A stretch of 63,987 nucleotides of DNA, counting the filler, from Basidiobolus ranarum (taxonomy: Eukaryota): assembly GCA_040143965.1 (NCBI GenBank). It is 4 parts of 4 records of this genome, joined end to end, with 100 filler letters (N's around TTAATTAATTAA, not from the genome) between each part and the next. Parts side by side here need not be neighbours in the genome. Positions count along the whole stretch, not along the records: positions 1 to 16,479 come from JASJQH010000341.1; positions 16,580 to 33,013 come from JASJQH010000342.1; 2 more parts are not named here. One strand, written 5' to 3'. A program made the translations under genes and the position numbers. Within the stretch, counting starts at the first letter, position 1. The number at the start of each line of letters is the position of its first letter. The notes beneath the pieces are model-generated. The model was not told where the DNA came from. It saw only the letters and a program-made list of their open reading frames with translations, and did not search any database. Shown piece after piece: positions 13,198 to 25,185 of the stretch.

Positions 13198-16100
13198 ATG
13201 GGTCTCCTAGATAAAAATAGGCTTCACTTATTAGGAAAAAGACTTTCTATACGCATAGAAAAACAATGGTCAACTTTTGCCGAAAAAGTTGTTAGCCAAA
13301 TACCGAAAGAAAGCTATCTATCTGCTACTAAAGTCTTTCTGCGCTTCTTGGAGAACGGCGAAGCATCTTGGGAGGAGCAAGTGCAAGCTCTCAAAACTAT
13401 AGGTATATTTCATTTGTTCTTAATTCGAGCTTTTTTCACTTCGGAATATGCTAACACTCTTTTGAATCGCTAGAAAAACTACTAGCTATTAATAGTTTGA
13501 AGGATATTTCCGACGTGCAGATAGAAGCTCAAATTGAACAACTCATTGCTCCAATAATCATACAGCTTTATTTTTCTTCCACTGAGGTTATTTCTCAAAG
13601 ATACTGCGCTCTCATAGTTGAAGCCTGCGAAGCCATCAGTAAGAAAGAACGCTATATATACGAACTGTTCAGTGAAGAGTACCAGAAGTACATTATTGGA
13701 AACACTTGCTATCGGCAGACTTTTGCAAACAAAGCAGCTACTATTTACGCAATTTTAGATTTTCCTTTTGGTGCCGATGTTATTTGTGAAAATACAAAAT
13801 CAACTTTTTATTATTTAAGTGACAGCCTAAAAGAAACCTTATCGGAAATTGAGAAAACTTCATATAGCGATACACAAGTCTTGGCTCTCTCTGATAAAGT
13901 AGTTGATTGCAACAATCTCATCAAAACAATCTTGAGTCTTTTGTCGCATCACGAACAATTTTTTCGCGCTATGTTTTCAACTCTCAATCAGGAAATTGTT
14001 GATGAGAAGCAAAACAACGATGTATTCGCTTATGAAAATACTCTCAGCTCGTGCATCACCATGTGTACTACCAGTGAATACACCAAAGAGTTCGGGCAAC
14101 TTGCTGCTATGGCGGTGGCGTCTCTATTGGACTTGATTGGTTCTCCTGAAAACGTTGCTTCCTTGATCTTTCAACTCTTCTCAGGGAAAAGTGGTGATAA
14201 AAAGCCTTTAAAAAACGTAAACATTAATGTTTGCTTTGATATACTGAGTAGTACATCGTATACAAATTTTTCGGAACTGGCTATATATAGAGGATTTTTA
14301 GCAAACTTACGAACCCAAACACTTGTTGCTGCAGTCAATTTAACTGAGTAAGCCTGCTACAATTTTTCTCTTTACCTACGACACTTCTAACTCTCATTAT
14401 TCACTATTTGACTATTTCGGGTAGATTTCCGCATCCTTATGGCTATTGCCTTCATAGTATTATGTTTCAAAAATTGATAGGATTCTGTGATGCGTCTTCC
14501 GAATCGCAAATAAGAGCTTTCGCTTTTGAGACACTTAACATGTGGTTCGAAACCGTCAGATTAGTTTACAAGGATGCCACCAAGTATCCTGTGGCTGTAT
14601 TACAGTATTTGCAAGAACTATTAACTGACGATATGTATCAATACATTCTGTCTTATGTTTGGAATAATTGGGATGATCCTATCGATCTGGTTCAGCATAG
14701 AGTAAAAGATCTTTTCGACATTGTCTTGAAAATAAGCGAGAATCGTAAGATGTTACAAGGCTCTGGCTGCACACACAAGCAATTCTTAGGTGATCTCGTC
14801 AAGCGACTGATAGAAATGGACTGGTATCGCAAAGTGAAATATGCTCTTTTATCTAGTTTAATCCCTCAAGTCGGTACTTCTCTCTTTCTACAAGTGTGTC
14901 CTGATTTGATATCGAAGGCTCTTCTCGTGTTTCATAATCAAGTCTTGTCTCCAAGATCATCCCACCTTATAGTGACATTTATTGAACAAGGAAAGAAAGA
15001 AATCCTTCAGAGCAACAGTAAGGATTATAAAGATTGGATTAAGATTTGGCTCGCACCTGTTTGTCGAGCTCTCTCATCTGAAAGCGACTTGGTGCGAAAA
15101 AACGTTAGTCATTATCTTTTAGACCGAGTGATCAAGGTCCAGCCCGACTCTTTTTGGTTGGCTATTGAATCTCTACAAACAATGGATGATGCATATGTGA
15201 GTTGCTCTCAATATCGTATGAACGCTATGATTTCTATCATCAAGGCAGGGAAATCGTTAGACTTAATTGACGGGAACACCTTCCATTCCGGGTCCTCCAA
15301 CGTAAATGAGAAAAAACTTAGCGTTGAGATTTTGCGCGAAGTGATTTATCATGGTGATTTATATTTGCGAATTGATGTTCTTGCGCTTCTTTGCCAAGCC
15401 CAAAAAGTCACTGCTGAGGTTACTAGACATGAACTCGATTTACTGAAGGATTTTCTTACACTCAATATGAATCATACCTCCCCAGAATTCCGGCAAAAGC
15501 TTTACGGTCATTTTACGAAACTTTTTATTCGTCTTCGTGGAAATCTTTATAGTACATGGAGAGAATACCAATCCAAACAAAAGTTGATTCAAAAGAGAGG
15601 TGAAAATGTTGCACTGCAAGAGGAGCTGAAATGTCTGATGGAAAAGATCGTGAACATTAAGTTGTTTCTTACTTGGTTATGTGATCTTTCTATGGCTTCA
15701 CTATATCCAGGATCTTCATTCCAACGTGTATCCAGCGCCTTGAAACTTTTTGAGCTCTTGATAAAGTATTTTGGTAGTGATAATACTTCGACATCAAACG
15801 GCCCTGTTCGTGAGAATTGTGATTCACAGAGTTCCCCTTTCTATCTTCCTTTGGCAACAGAGAGAAATAGTAAGATCTTGATAGAGACTTTAATGAATCC
15901 ATTTGAAGCTAATCGCGAAACTGTCAGAAGAATTTTATTTTCATTTCCGTCGCCACTACCTGGAATAGAGACGACCGAAGATGTTCAAAAACTCCTTTGG
16001 TGGGGCTTCGAAGCCATGACAAGCAATCGTGCCGATCAAAGCAACTGTGGAGCTACAGTTTTTAGATTACTCTTCTCGAAATACGTCGAAAAACTTGAAT

Positions 16101-16479
16101 TCAGTTTAGAAGTAGAAAGAAATCAGTTGTTCGAAAATCGAGATTTGACCGGTATTCCATCGATAGATTTTGCTACAAAGTTACTCAACTTGTTAGAAAA
16201 CCAACTAAACTCTGCCTCTCAAAATCTATTGTTTGCCGCGCAAAACTATCCGATGCATGGGACACTTATGGCTTTAATGTTCATCTTCCAGGATATTGAT
16301 TATCATTCCGTTGATATCAGAAATAGCATTAATTTATGGCGCCAACTTCATCTGCGTACATTTGATTTAGCTAATTTAGTGTGCTCTACTGTTCTTAATA
16401 TTTTATCAGACACTTCACATGAAGGTAACAATCCTCTTTTCCAATAGAAAGAATATATGATTGAAGATGCTACTCCCCA
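13198..16479 (+). CDS. TRM732: THADA / Trm732-like armadillo-repeat protein (Trm7 partner for tRNA position 32 2'-O-methylation), multi-exon, 3'-truncated by contig end
   Basis: WNNWDDPIDLVQHRVKDLF, W.RKVKY, LNMNHTSPEFRQK, SLYPGSSFQR, YPMHGTLMAL and SDTSHEG (SPEG-like) motifs typical of the THADA N-terminal half. Three ORFs are linked by GT-AG introns and run into the N gap. Confidence 0.82.
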
Positions 16480-16579
16480 NNNNNNNNNNNNNNNNNNNNN
16501 NNNNNNNNNNNNNNNNNNNNNNNTTAATTAATTAANNNNNNNNNNNNNNNNNNNNNNNNNNNNNNNNNNNNNNNNNNNN
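16480..16579. other. Artificial contig linker (N44-TTAATTAATTAA-N44)
   Basis: 100-nt N run with a central six-frame-stop palindrome, identical to the two later linkers. Confidence 0.97.
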
Positions 16580-18413
16580 TATATCTGAGAACTTCTAAGT
16601 TGGTAAAAATATTCTAAGTAAATTCCGATTGAGAATAATTGATAATATCTTAGTGAATTACAAGATAACTAAGTACTAAGCTATATATGAATGTATAGAT
16701 GTTAAGGCTATATTAATTTCAACAGTATCATGCTTGGTATATTTGATGATTACATATTGAACATTTCATAGTTCCACATGATTCCATCTACTTTGGAAAT
16801 ATTGCTAATAAATTTGAATTTTGCAAATCTGCTATTTTTTCTAATTTTCTAAAACACTTTCAAATTATGACCCAAGTTGTGCTTGAAGCTCCACAATTGG
16901 GAAATCAAGAATAAAACTGAGGAAGTTCGTTTCAATTTCTTTCTTATGGAGTTAATTAATGGCTCTACTACTCAAAGAATCAGTGTTGTAGTTTTTACAT
17001 ATATTTGATTAATTTAAGAGAATATACATCCAATTCCTCTTGCTAATCATAGAGCCTCACATACCGTCATATATCGATGTGTTTATGAATAGGATAGATG
17101 GCTAGGTGAATTGTTAAACCAAGTATTGAATAAAAATTTCAGTCTTAATTATTGACAATCAGCATTCCATAACCAAAAGATTCCACTTGTTCTTCAAGGA
17201 ATATCTCTTAGTTAAGAATCTGTCAAAACATGATACTGGCACAACGGCGTTTAAATCATAATCTATGCGTACCTTACAAGCATGATGTGTTGATATCTTC
17301 GCATACTCTAACAATGTTTCTTTCAGTTACATTGTAACAGAATAATTGTTTGATCATATAAAAATCGATCAATTTCAATTCGCTTTATTTGCTAGATGTA
17401 ATCACTCTTAACTGAAGATCTTATCCGGTAGTCATACCATTTTAGGAAATAAGTTATATTAACAAGATTTAGCATACAAAATCTTTCGCGGAAATAATAT
17501 GGATTCAAGGGAATGTTGATTCCTTATATGCGTTTCTGATAAAAGAATATTGGTTCTTTGAGAGTCTTTATCATGTGAAAGACACTCCAGTATACTAGAT
17601 AACATATTAGGTATAGAATGGATATATCGAGCTACAGTGACAATCGCCAGAGTTCATGATAAGAATGGTTTACATCAAATAGCTCATATCTATAGGTAAA
17701 AGAACTGAAGAATGTACCTGAATATTCTAAGAACTTCATTGAGAACCATCATATTTTGTTTCAGTTCGAAGATCGTTAACTGAACCTATCGAAGCATGTC
17801 ATGTCGTCAACGGTTAGGGCTGTACCTTGGAAAGATCTATTTTATCCACCGCACCTCCAACACAAAGCCTCTTTTCCAACACATGGGAAGAACCACTACT
17901 TCGATTCGTTCTAGCGTACTTTCACACTGTTTACCTGCCCACTCCAACCACAGTAAATATATTGGAGCGTACGAGAGTAATGTGCTAAATATACTGGAGT
18001 GTAGTAGAGTAATCACCAATTAGATATCTCTCTTGATAAACATGTTGTGTGAAAATATGGCTGACATGAAGTTTGGACCAGATACATAATCACGAAACCT
18101 AGTGGCTTCAGATAGTACAATCCCAATTAGGCATTTATTTACCTGTGATTTAGAAATCTTTGACCGATTTGGAAAGTTATATGAGCTTTTGCCCCTTTGG
18201 TGTTACGTGACCTTATAGTATTGGTGGAAGCCAATGACCTGGTAATGGTAATATTAGTAGAAAAGGTCGCTTGATAGATGGTGTTACTGGGCATAAAAGA
18301 TTGCTTTTGATGTTATGGTCATTACGAAGCCAATGGAATGAGGCGAGATTTCCTCGTGTGCTACTGACTTGGTAATCGTGTCCATTGACCTAGCACATAC
18401 TATGTAAGGTAAA

Positions 18414-18462
18414 CTGATTCTGTTGATCTGTCAGTCCTTCTGATTCCGTTGATCTGTCAGTC
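18414..18462 (+). repeat. Tandem direct repeat, 2 x 23 nt (CTGATTCYGTTGATCTGTCAGTC, 3-nt spacer) about 100 nt upstream of the MFS gene
   Basis: Copies at 18414-18436 and 18440-18462 differ at one position. Confidence 0.85.
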
Positions 18463-18557
18463 ACAATTACAGTCAAGAATTACATAAATTACCACCCATT
18501 GACTCTTCTGAGACTGTGATCTTTTCTCTCAACGGCAATCCTTCCAAAGTTGCGATA

Positions 18558-20178
18558 ATGTCGAATCCCAAGTCAGAGTACACTGTAGTAACTAAACCAA
18601 AAGAAAATGATATCTCTCACCAGACACTGAAGAAAAAGACCGACGCCTCTGCTCTATTCACTGTCATATTCTCAGGATTTGCATTGCTTTCAGATGGCTA
18701 TCAATCCGGTGTCATCAGTTTTGTGAATTTGGTTCTTGCTAAGCTTTACCCTGTGGAATACAACGCAGAAGTATCCACTAGGACCAGTAATTCCTTGTTC
18801 GTAGGGATGATCATCGGTCAATTAGGCTTTGGCTTGATTTGTGACAGGATTGGGAGAAAGGTTGGACTTATGTCCACGACCGCACTAGTAATTGTAGGCG
18901 CACTACTATGTGCCGTGTCGTATGGTGCTGGAGGTTCTGTTTCTGGGCTACTTTGGATGTTAACCATCTGCCGAGGAATCTTAGGAGTAGGTGTGGGTGG
19001 TGAGTATCCATGTAGTTCAGTTAGTGCCAGCGAATCTGCTGACGAAGTCAGACCAAATAATCGAGGCCTCTTATTCGTGATGGTAAGTGGATGTAGATAT
19101 GTAAGTGTAAACTGGTCCATCTAACTCCAATCTTAGGTCACCAACTTTGTGATTGACTTTGGATACGTTTTATCAGCAATAGTGCCTATCATTCTGCTCT
19201 CCATCTTCGGCGATGATTTGGATACTATCTGGAGAATGTGTTTAGGCTTGGGTGCTATCCCCCCACTTTCCGTATTCTACTGTAAGTGGAACTTGTTGAT
19301 TTGTTTTGTGTGAAACACTGATAATAACATACATATTGCAGTCCGAATGAAAATGGACAATTCTACTCGATATGAATCAGGTGGAATCAAGCGTAACGTT
19401 CCATATATTCTGATCGTCAAGAGGTATTGGCCTCGTATTTTAACTACTGCCGGACTGTGGTTCTTTTATGATTTCATTTCGTACCCATCTGGTGTTTTCT
19501 CGTCTACTATCCTGAGCAAAGCTGTACCCGACGATTCATTGATGAAAACTACCACCTGGAATCTTCTTCTCTACACTTTCTATCTCCCAGGTGTGATGGG
19601 TGGTGCCTATTTCTCCGATAAAATTGGTCGTAAAAAAACCATGGCCATTGGTTTTGCACTACAGGGAATTGTTGGGATTATATTAGGAATCACCTATGGT
19701 CCATTGGTAGAACACATATTCCCACTATTTGTGGTAAGTTTTTTTTAGCGAAAGTGATGTGTTGTCAGAGATCTAAATATTTCTTTAGGTGTTGTATGGA
19801 ATTTATCTAGCCTTTGGTGAGTTTGGACCTGGTGATTGTATCGGTCTTATCAGTGCTGAGAGTTATCCAACCGCGGTTCGTGGAACTGCCTATGGTATTT
19901 CAGCAGCTATAGGTAAAATTGGTGCTACTGTGGGCACGGCAGCATTTAAACCGATTACCAATGCGTTTGGTGGAGCCAACACTATCAATGGACAACGGTC
20001 ACCATTCATTGTTGGTTGCTGTTTAGCACTTTTAGGTGCGATTCTTACCTGGTTTTTCGTACCTGATTTATCTAAAGATCGACTCGAGGATGAAGATGAA
20101 GCTTTCAAAGAGTATTTATTACAACATGGTTATGATGTTCGTAACATCGGAACTGCTAAAAGTCGTGGTGAAGCTTGA
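18558..20178 (+). CDS. GIT1: MFS glycerophosphodiester (glycerophosphoinositol) permease, Git1-like; 4 exons
   Basis: FSGFALLSDGYQ, GQLGFGLICDRIGRK, GVGVGGEYPCSSVSASE, WFFYDFISYP and GEFGPG…ESYPTAVRG…AAIGKIGA are Git1-family signatures. GT-AG introns near 19083, 19282 and 19734. Confidence 0.85.
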
Positions 20179-21081
20179 CCACCCATATCTATTGAACGAT
20201 ATCTGTCTATATTAACCTATTTCATTTAGAGATTATTTCTCAGTATCACATGCTACATGTACACATTTCCCACTGAACATTCATCATTTACCATTTTCCA
20301 TTTCCCACTTCCCACTCAACATTCATTCTACGATGAACGCATGATTAGCGTTGGAAATAAATTTTGTCAATTATGATACAAATAAGGGATTTCCTATCTT
20401 GGATGAATTACCATAATAATCAATAAAAATTGGTTCATTGTTCATTGGTGATCAGTAAATTCTAGGTTGACTGATGGTAAATCTAAACTGGTTCAACCAA
20501 TCTTAATGATGTCTTGAAATTTCCACAACTTTCTACGTTACTCATTTCTTAATAGAATTTCGATTCACTTTAAATTGGATTTATTCTATGAACCTAGCCA
20601 TATTACCATGGATTAGAGAAGAATATGAACAGAGCAGAGAGGATTATGAACATATATCTCTAAACCCACATTTTTGGTTTAATTAGAAATAGTGATTTTA
20701 GTTATGTCAAAGGTTACTCAAAACCACCAAGTCAGTGATTAACATTTACATGGAATAATTTAATGTAACCTCTTGAAACGATTTGTTCAAATTGTACTCC
20801 AAATTGAATAAATTTCAATGTATCAATTTATACCCTGAATTGTCAAACTTTGATACAGTGAAGGAAACATAGCTGCAGTCACTTGTAAATACATAAACAA
20901 ATGAAATTCCTCTCGTATTCGGATTACTACTGTATAGAATTATTTAATTCCAAGAAAAGTGGTTGAAAAATGCATGAAAATAGTACAATATAGATCATAT
21001 AATAGATTGACATTAGATTAGATTAATACATGTAAATGAGTAAGATAAAATACAAAAGAAAAGAAAAAGGATGCTTCAGAT

Positions 21082-21906
21082 TTACAACAAACTAGGATAC
21101 TGTGACAGATGTATAGAGCAAGGTACCAAATCATTACATGAATCTAACTTACAACCGCAAGTTTCTTGAAACGATTGTGGTGAATTAGAATTAGATATTA
21201 AGCCATTTATCTGAGGAGATAAGGGTCTGATGTGATGTTGATTTGGTATCATTTGAGCAGTATTGGTTCCATTTTCGTAAAGGAATTTTGTAAAAGGATT
21301 TCGAATGATTTTCACTTTGGTTTCAAGTTCACGTATCCACACTTCGTATTCTGTTTCGGAAAAATACAAGTCGAACTCTAGGATTTCCAAGAACTTCTTT
21401 TCTAAGGAGTTTATAATTAACACGGGGATTCCGGTGAGTTCACTCCAGGCTGCATTGTTGTAAGGTATATCTTCATGATACTTCATCCCCAGTATTAAGC
21501 TAACCGTTAGGAGGTGACGCTCCATTCCAACTTGGGTGCATAATTGGGGAGCTAGTTTACGAAGGCGGTTAAGATATTGAAGGCCTATGATGATAACTCG
21601 TGTAGAAAGCTGCGTACGGCGAAGGATCCCGCGACAGAATTCGTGAAAATCTGTGCATACTGAATTTGAAGTGTTGTAGCCCACAACAGTTGGATAACGA
21701 AGAGAGTGAATGATACTGTATACCAGGTCACCAAGCACTATAGGACAGGCCTCGGGAGTTGTTTCAAGAAAATGCTCGATAGAGCTAGAATGACTTTGGT
21801 ATGTGTAACCATCGATTAAGAGTGAAGTCGGTGGAGATTGTCCGTACGTAGACTGGGACATAAAAGGATTTGTAACGGTACTTGGAAAAGAATATAGAGC
21901 GTTCAT
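21082..21906 (-). CDS. Pho85-type (PCL/Clg1/Pho80-family) cyclin, single exon
   Basis: Cyclin box FCRGILRRTQLSTRVIIIGLQYLNRL…LLTVSLILGMKYHEDIPYNNAAWSELTGIP…INSLEKKFLEILEFDL. Confidence 0.88.
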   Translation of the reverse strand: MNALYSFPSTVTNPFMSQSTYGQSPPTSLLIDGYTYQSHSSSIEHFLETTPEACPIVLGDLVYSIIHSLRYPTVVGYNTSNSVCTDFHEFCRGILRRTQLSTRVIIIGLQYLNRLRKLAPQLCTQVGMERHLLTVSLILGMKYHEDIPYNNAAWSELTGIPVLIINSLEKKFLEILEFDLYFSETEYEVWIRELETKVKIIRNPFTKFLYENGTNTAQMIPNQHHIRPLSPQINGLISNSNSPQSFQETCGCKLDSCNDLVPCSIHLSQYPSLL

Positions 21907-22843
21907 CGCTGTGTAAGAATTGCTGGCGAGACTGGTAAATTTAGCGGGAAAAAGAAGACAATTTTAGAATTAATTGGATGGTGAATGAGCACTAGATTAT
22001 TCTTATATAGTTTACACTGCAATCCAAAATGCCATTTAGCATTTATAGAAGCATTAATTGAACCAACTCTTCGATCGACCTAAATCATAAAAATACTTTT
22101 CCAATTTCCAGATAACGTTCTGAAAGTGATTTCATTCGCTGCCTCTAAACTTATCTAAGGCTCCATTTGAAAGATATTATCGATCTGCAGATTCAAAGAT
22201 TCTTTGATCCTCTGGTTTCGAGTTACTCAACAATTATTGGCCAATAATCACGCTTGCCTCTTGATCCTGACAAATCGATATCATTATTACCAGCGGGTGT
22301 AGAGGCCAAGACTATACGCAGAACAATGGTCTTTTCATATGACGACATCACTCTCTAATTGGGCCAAGACTAAGGTCGCGTTTGGAGCACAATGGTTGGT
22401 CATCCCTACGCATGTTGGAGAGTCTAACAAATTGTCATGGATCATGTTTGATATTGACTGAGTAAAAGATGTGTCGGATTACGCACCAAGAAATGCGGGA
22501 GATGCCACAAACCACAAGGCCTCCATTGACAAGCTCGCTTGATGTGCATTGTCAAGTAAACTAGTTCTACACATATACTGATCCCTCCTAGAAGGCTGGG
22601 GAATTGGCAGTCTTGGCATTTAACGAGGTATCGAGTGATCAATCCATTTGCAGAATAGTACATCAAAGAGTTTCAGATGCACTCTCAACTTCCATCGAAC
22701 AAGCCACTTTTCTTGGCTAAGCTTAACTAATCGATCCGGATGAAACCCGGGAATATTCAAGTATTAATTGTGAATTTATTAAACAAGTGATGTTTAGAAA
22801 CACATGCAAAGAGTTCTGTTAACTACATGCCATAAATCTAAAG

Positions 22844-24236
22844 CTAAATCCAATCTCTAGTGATTTTCAAAGTGTCCAGTAACTCCTGTTCCTTCGAATT
22901 GGGTTCGGGTTTGTGATCATATTCCCACCTAGCAGTCAATGGCAGCGACATCAGAATACTTTCAATTCTAGTGCCGTGGTTCAAGAGGCCGAACTTGGTG
23001 CCTCGATCGTGGACTAGATTGAATTCGACATATCTGCCGCGACGAAGCTGTTGCCAACGCTTGTTCTCCTCAGTGAATTCCATATCCTTACGACGTTCTA
23101 AAATCGGTACATAGGCATCGATAAAAGAATCACCGCAGTCGCGTAGAAAGTTGAAGGTTTGATTTTGATTGGTTGAGGCTAAATCATCGAAAAAGATTCC
23201 ACCAATACCACGGGATTCACCTCGATGTGGTAGATTGAAGTATTCATCGCACCATTTCTTAAATCTAGGGTAATATTCTGGATCATGTTTGTCACAAGCA
23301 GATCTAAGTGTGGTGTGGAAGTGAACAGCATCTTCTTCAAACAAGTAACTGGGCGTAAGGTCAGAGCCACCACCGAACCATGAGCAAATCGATTGGCCAT
23401 TTTCATCAGTCACTTCAAAATATCTATAATTTAAATGTACCGTGGGGGCCATAGGGTTGTGAGGATGAAGTACCAACGAAAGCCCTGCAGCAAAATAGTA
23501 AAATGGCCCATCACCATTTAGTTCTTTTCCACGTGAACGCATATTACGTATAGTCGCATCGGCCAAGGTTCCAGTTATCATTGAGACATTTACCCCTCCT
23601 TTTTCCAAGACATTACCATCCTGAATGACGCAAGTAGTGCCTCCTCCACCAGTGGGACGGGTCCATTTATCAACTAGAAAAGGCTTTCCATCTACTTCCG
23701 AAAGCTTTTTTACAATATTGTATTGGAGAGTTTGGATATAATGCTCCATACGCTCACGCATAGGTGAGTGCTCAGTTACTTCTACGCTAGGAAGAAGTTC
23801 TTCGTAGGTCTAAAATTTTCGAGTTTAGATATGTATAACAAAGACAATAGATAACAGATATATACCGGCAACTTTTCCAATTTGCGTGTCTTTTCTACTT
23901 TCGAGTTATCAGAGAAAGATAACTTATTCTAAGTATACAGATTAGTGATGTAACAAACAGGAAATGGATTAACAATACTCCCCACCATTTGATAGTATCC
24001 AAGACCAGCACCAAGGGCTACGGCAGCTACTGTTCCTGGAATAGCAATATTGAGCTTTCTGGCTTGTGTCTTGGTGTGCATGCCTGCTTTAGTAACAGCA
24101 TTGTTTAAAGAGCGCGTACAGTGGCGTCTAAAATTCCAAAACAAAGTTAGAATTATATTGCTTCAAAAAAAATCATTAAATTTTACCTTCCAAGACTCCA
24201 TAGAGTAGAGGGGATACGAGTGGTGGAGAAATTCAT
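22844..24236 (-). CDS. HEM13: Oxygen-dependent coproporphyrinogen III oxidase with N-terminal targeting extension; 4 exons
   Basis: EKGGVNVS, HPHNPMAPTVHLNYRYFE, WFGGGSDLTPSY, RGIGGIFFDDL and RRGRYVEFNLVHDRGTKFGL motifs. Three small upstream exons (from ATG 24236) splice in frame. Confidence 0.95.
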
Positions 24237-25185
24237 AGCTATACGACCAGTATAGAATAACGTGAATCGTTTAGAGGAGGAAGGCTGGGTATTTACGAAG
24301 GTTCAAGCGCCGGGGTAACTTCTCTGCAACTATGGTACTTTTCAAAAATTAACACAATAGTAACACCTGTGATTGGGAGACTCAATTACGGATGATGGAT
24401 TTCGGGCATGTTCACAATAAATGACGGATCTAGAATATTTCCAACCTATTCTTTTTATACTCAATGTTGCATATAATCACTTTTCAGAAAATAATTCCTC
24501 TATCATGGTATCACATATCCCAATACAATATCTAATCCGTGTTCAAGTGTTCGTGGTATAGAAAGAGTAGCTTCTTCGATAGTTACTCTTGCTTTACAAA
24601 TGAGTGGTACGAAGCATACACGTACGCGCTACTTTCTTGAACCTAAACTTGTAATATTAAAAGGGGACATATTGCCATTCTTTTTGACTTATTCCTACCA
24701 CCTATCCGAGCACTGATGAACACTACATTAATAAACCAATTTGGCCTATATTCGTTTAAGTTAGCTAAGGATTAAACGAGCTTAAAATGAGTAAAGATTG
24801 GAAGAACTTATCGAGTATTCTATAGAAATCATTTTTTCTGCCATGAAAATTTATCTTCAGTAATTAACTATCGACGAATTACAGCTCTTCTATTATCTAA
24901 ATATCTCTGAGTGGTCCACATATTACTTATTTCATTAAACAAGATAATAATCGTTTTAGTTTCCATTTTCTCGAAGCCTTGGTGGCTTTCTCTCGGAAAT
25001 ATCAAGTCCCATATCTTTCGTCACATAGAAAACCTGGCAATTACATTAGAAATTTGGAGATTATACTTGACTAAAAGCCAATTAAATATCAAACTCGTTG
25101 CATTTGAACTTAAATCAAACGGTTTTACGAACGAGTTTGTCAAGATTTACAAACACCTATAAAGTGGATAGAGATTCGAACGGAA

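Noticed and set aside
16524-16535. Palindromic TTAATTAATTAA repeated three times at about 16.5-kb spacing
   Set aside because: It is centred in N runs of identical length and encodes stops in all six frames, so it is an assembly linker, not a biological repeat.
20262-20330. Imperfect CATTTCCCACT/AACATTCAT repeats
   Set aside because: Short low-complexity 3' UTR repeats with no spacer structure, so not a CRISPR array or a mobile element.
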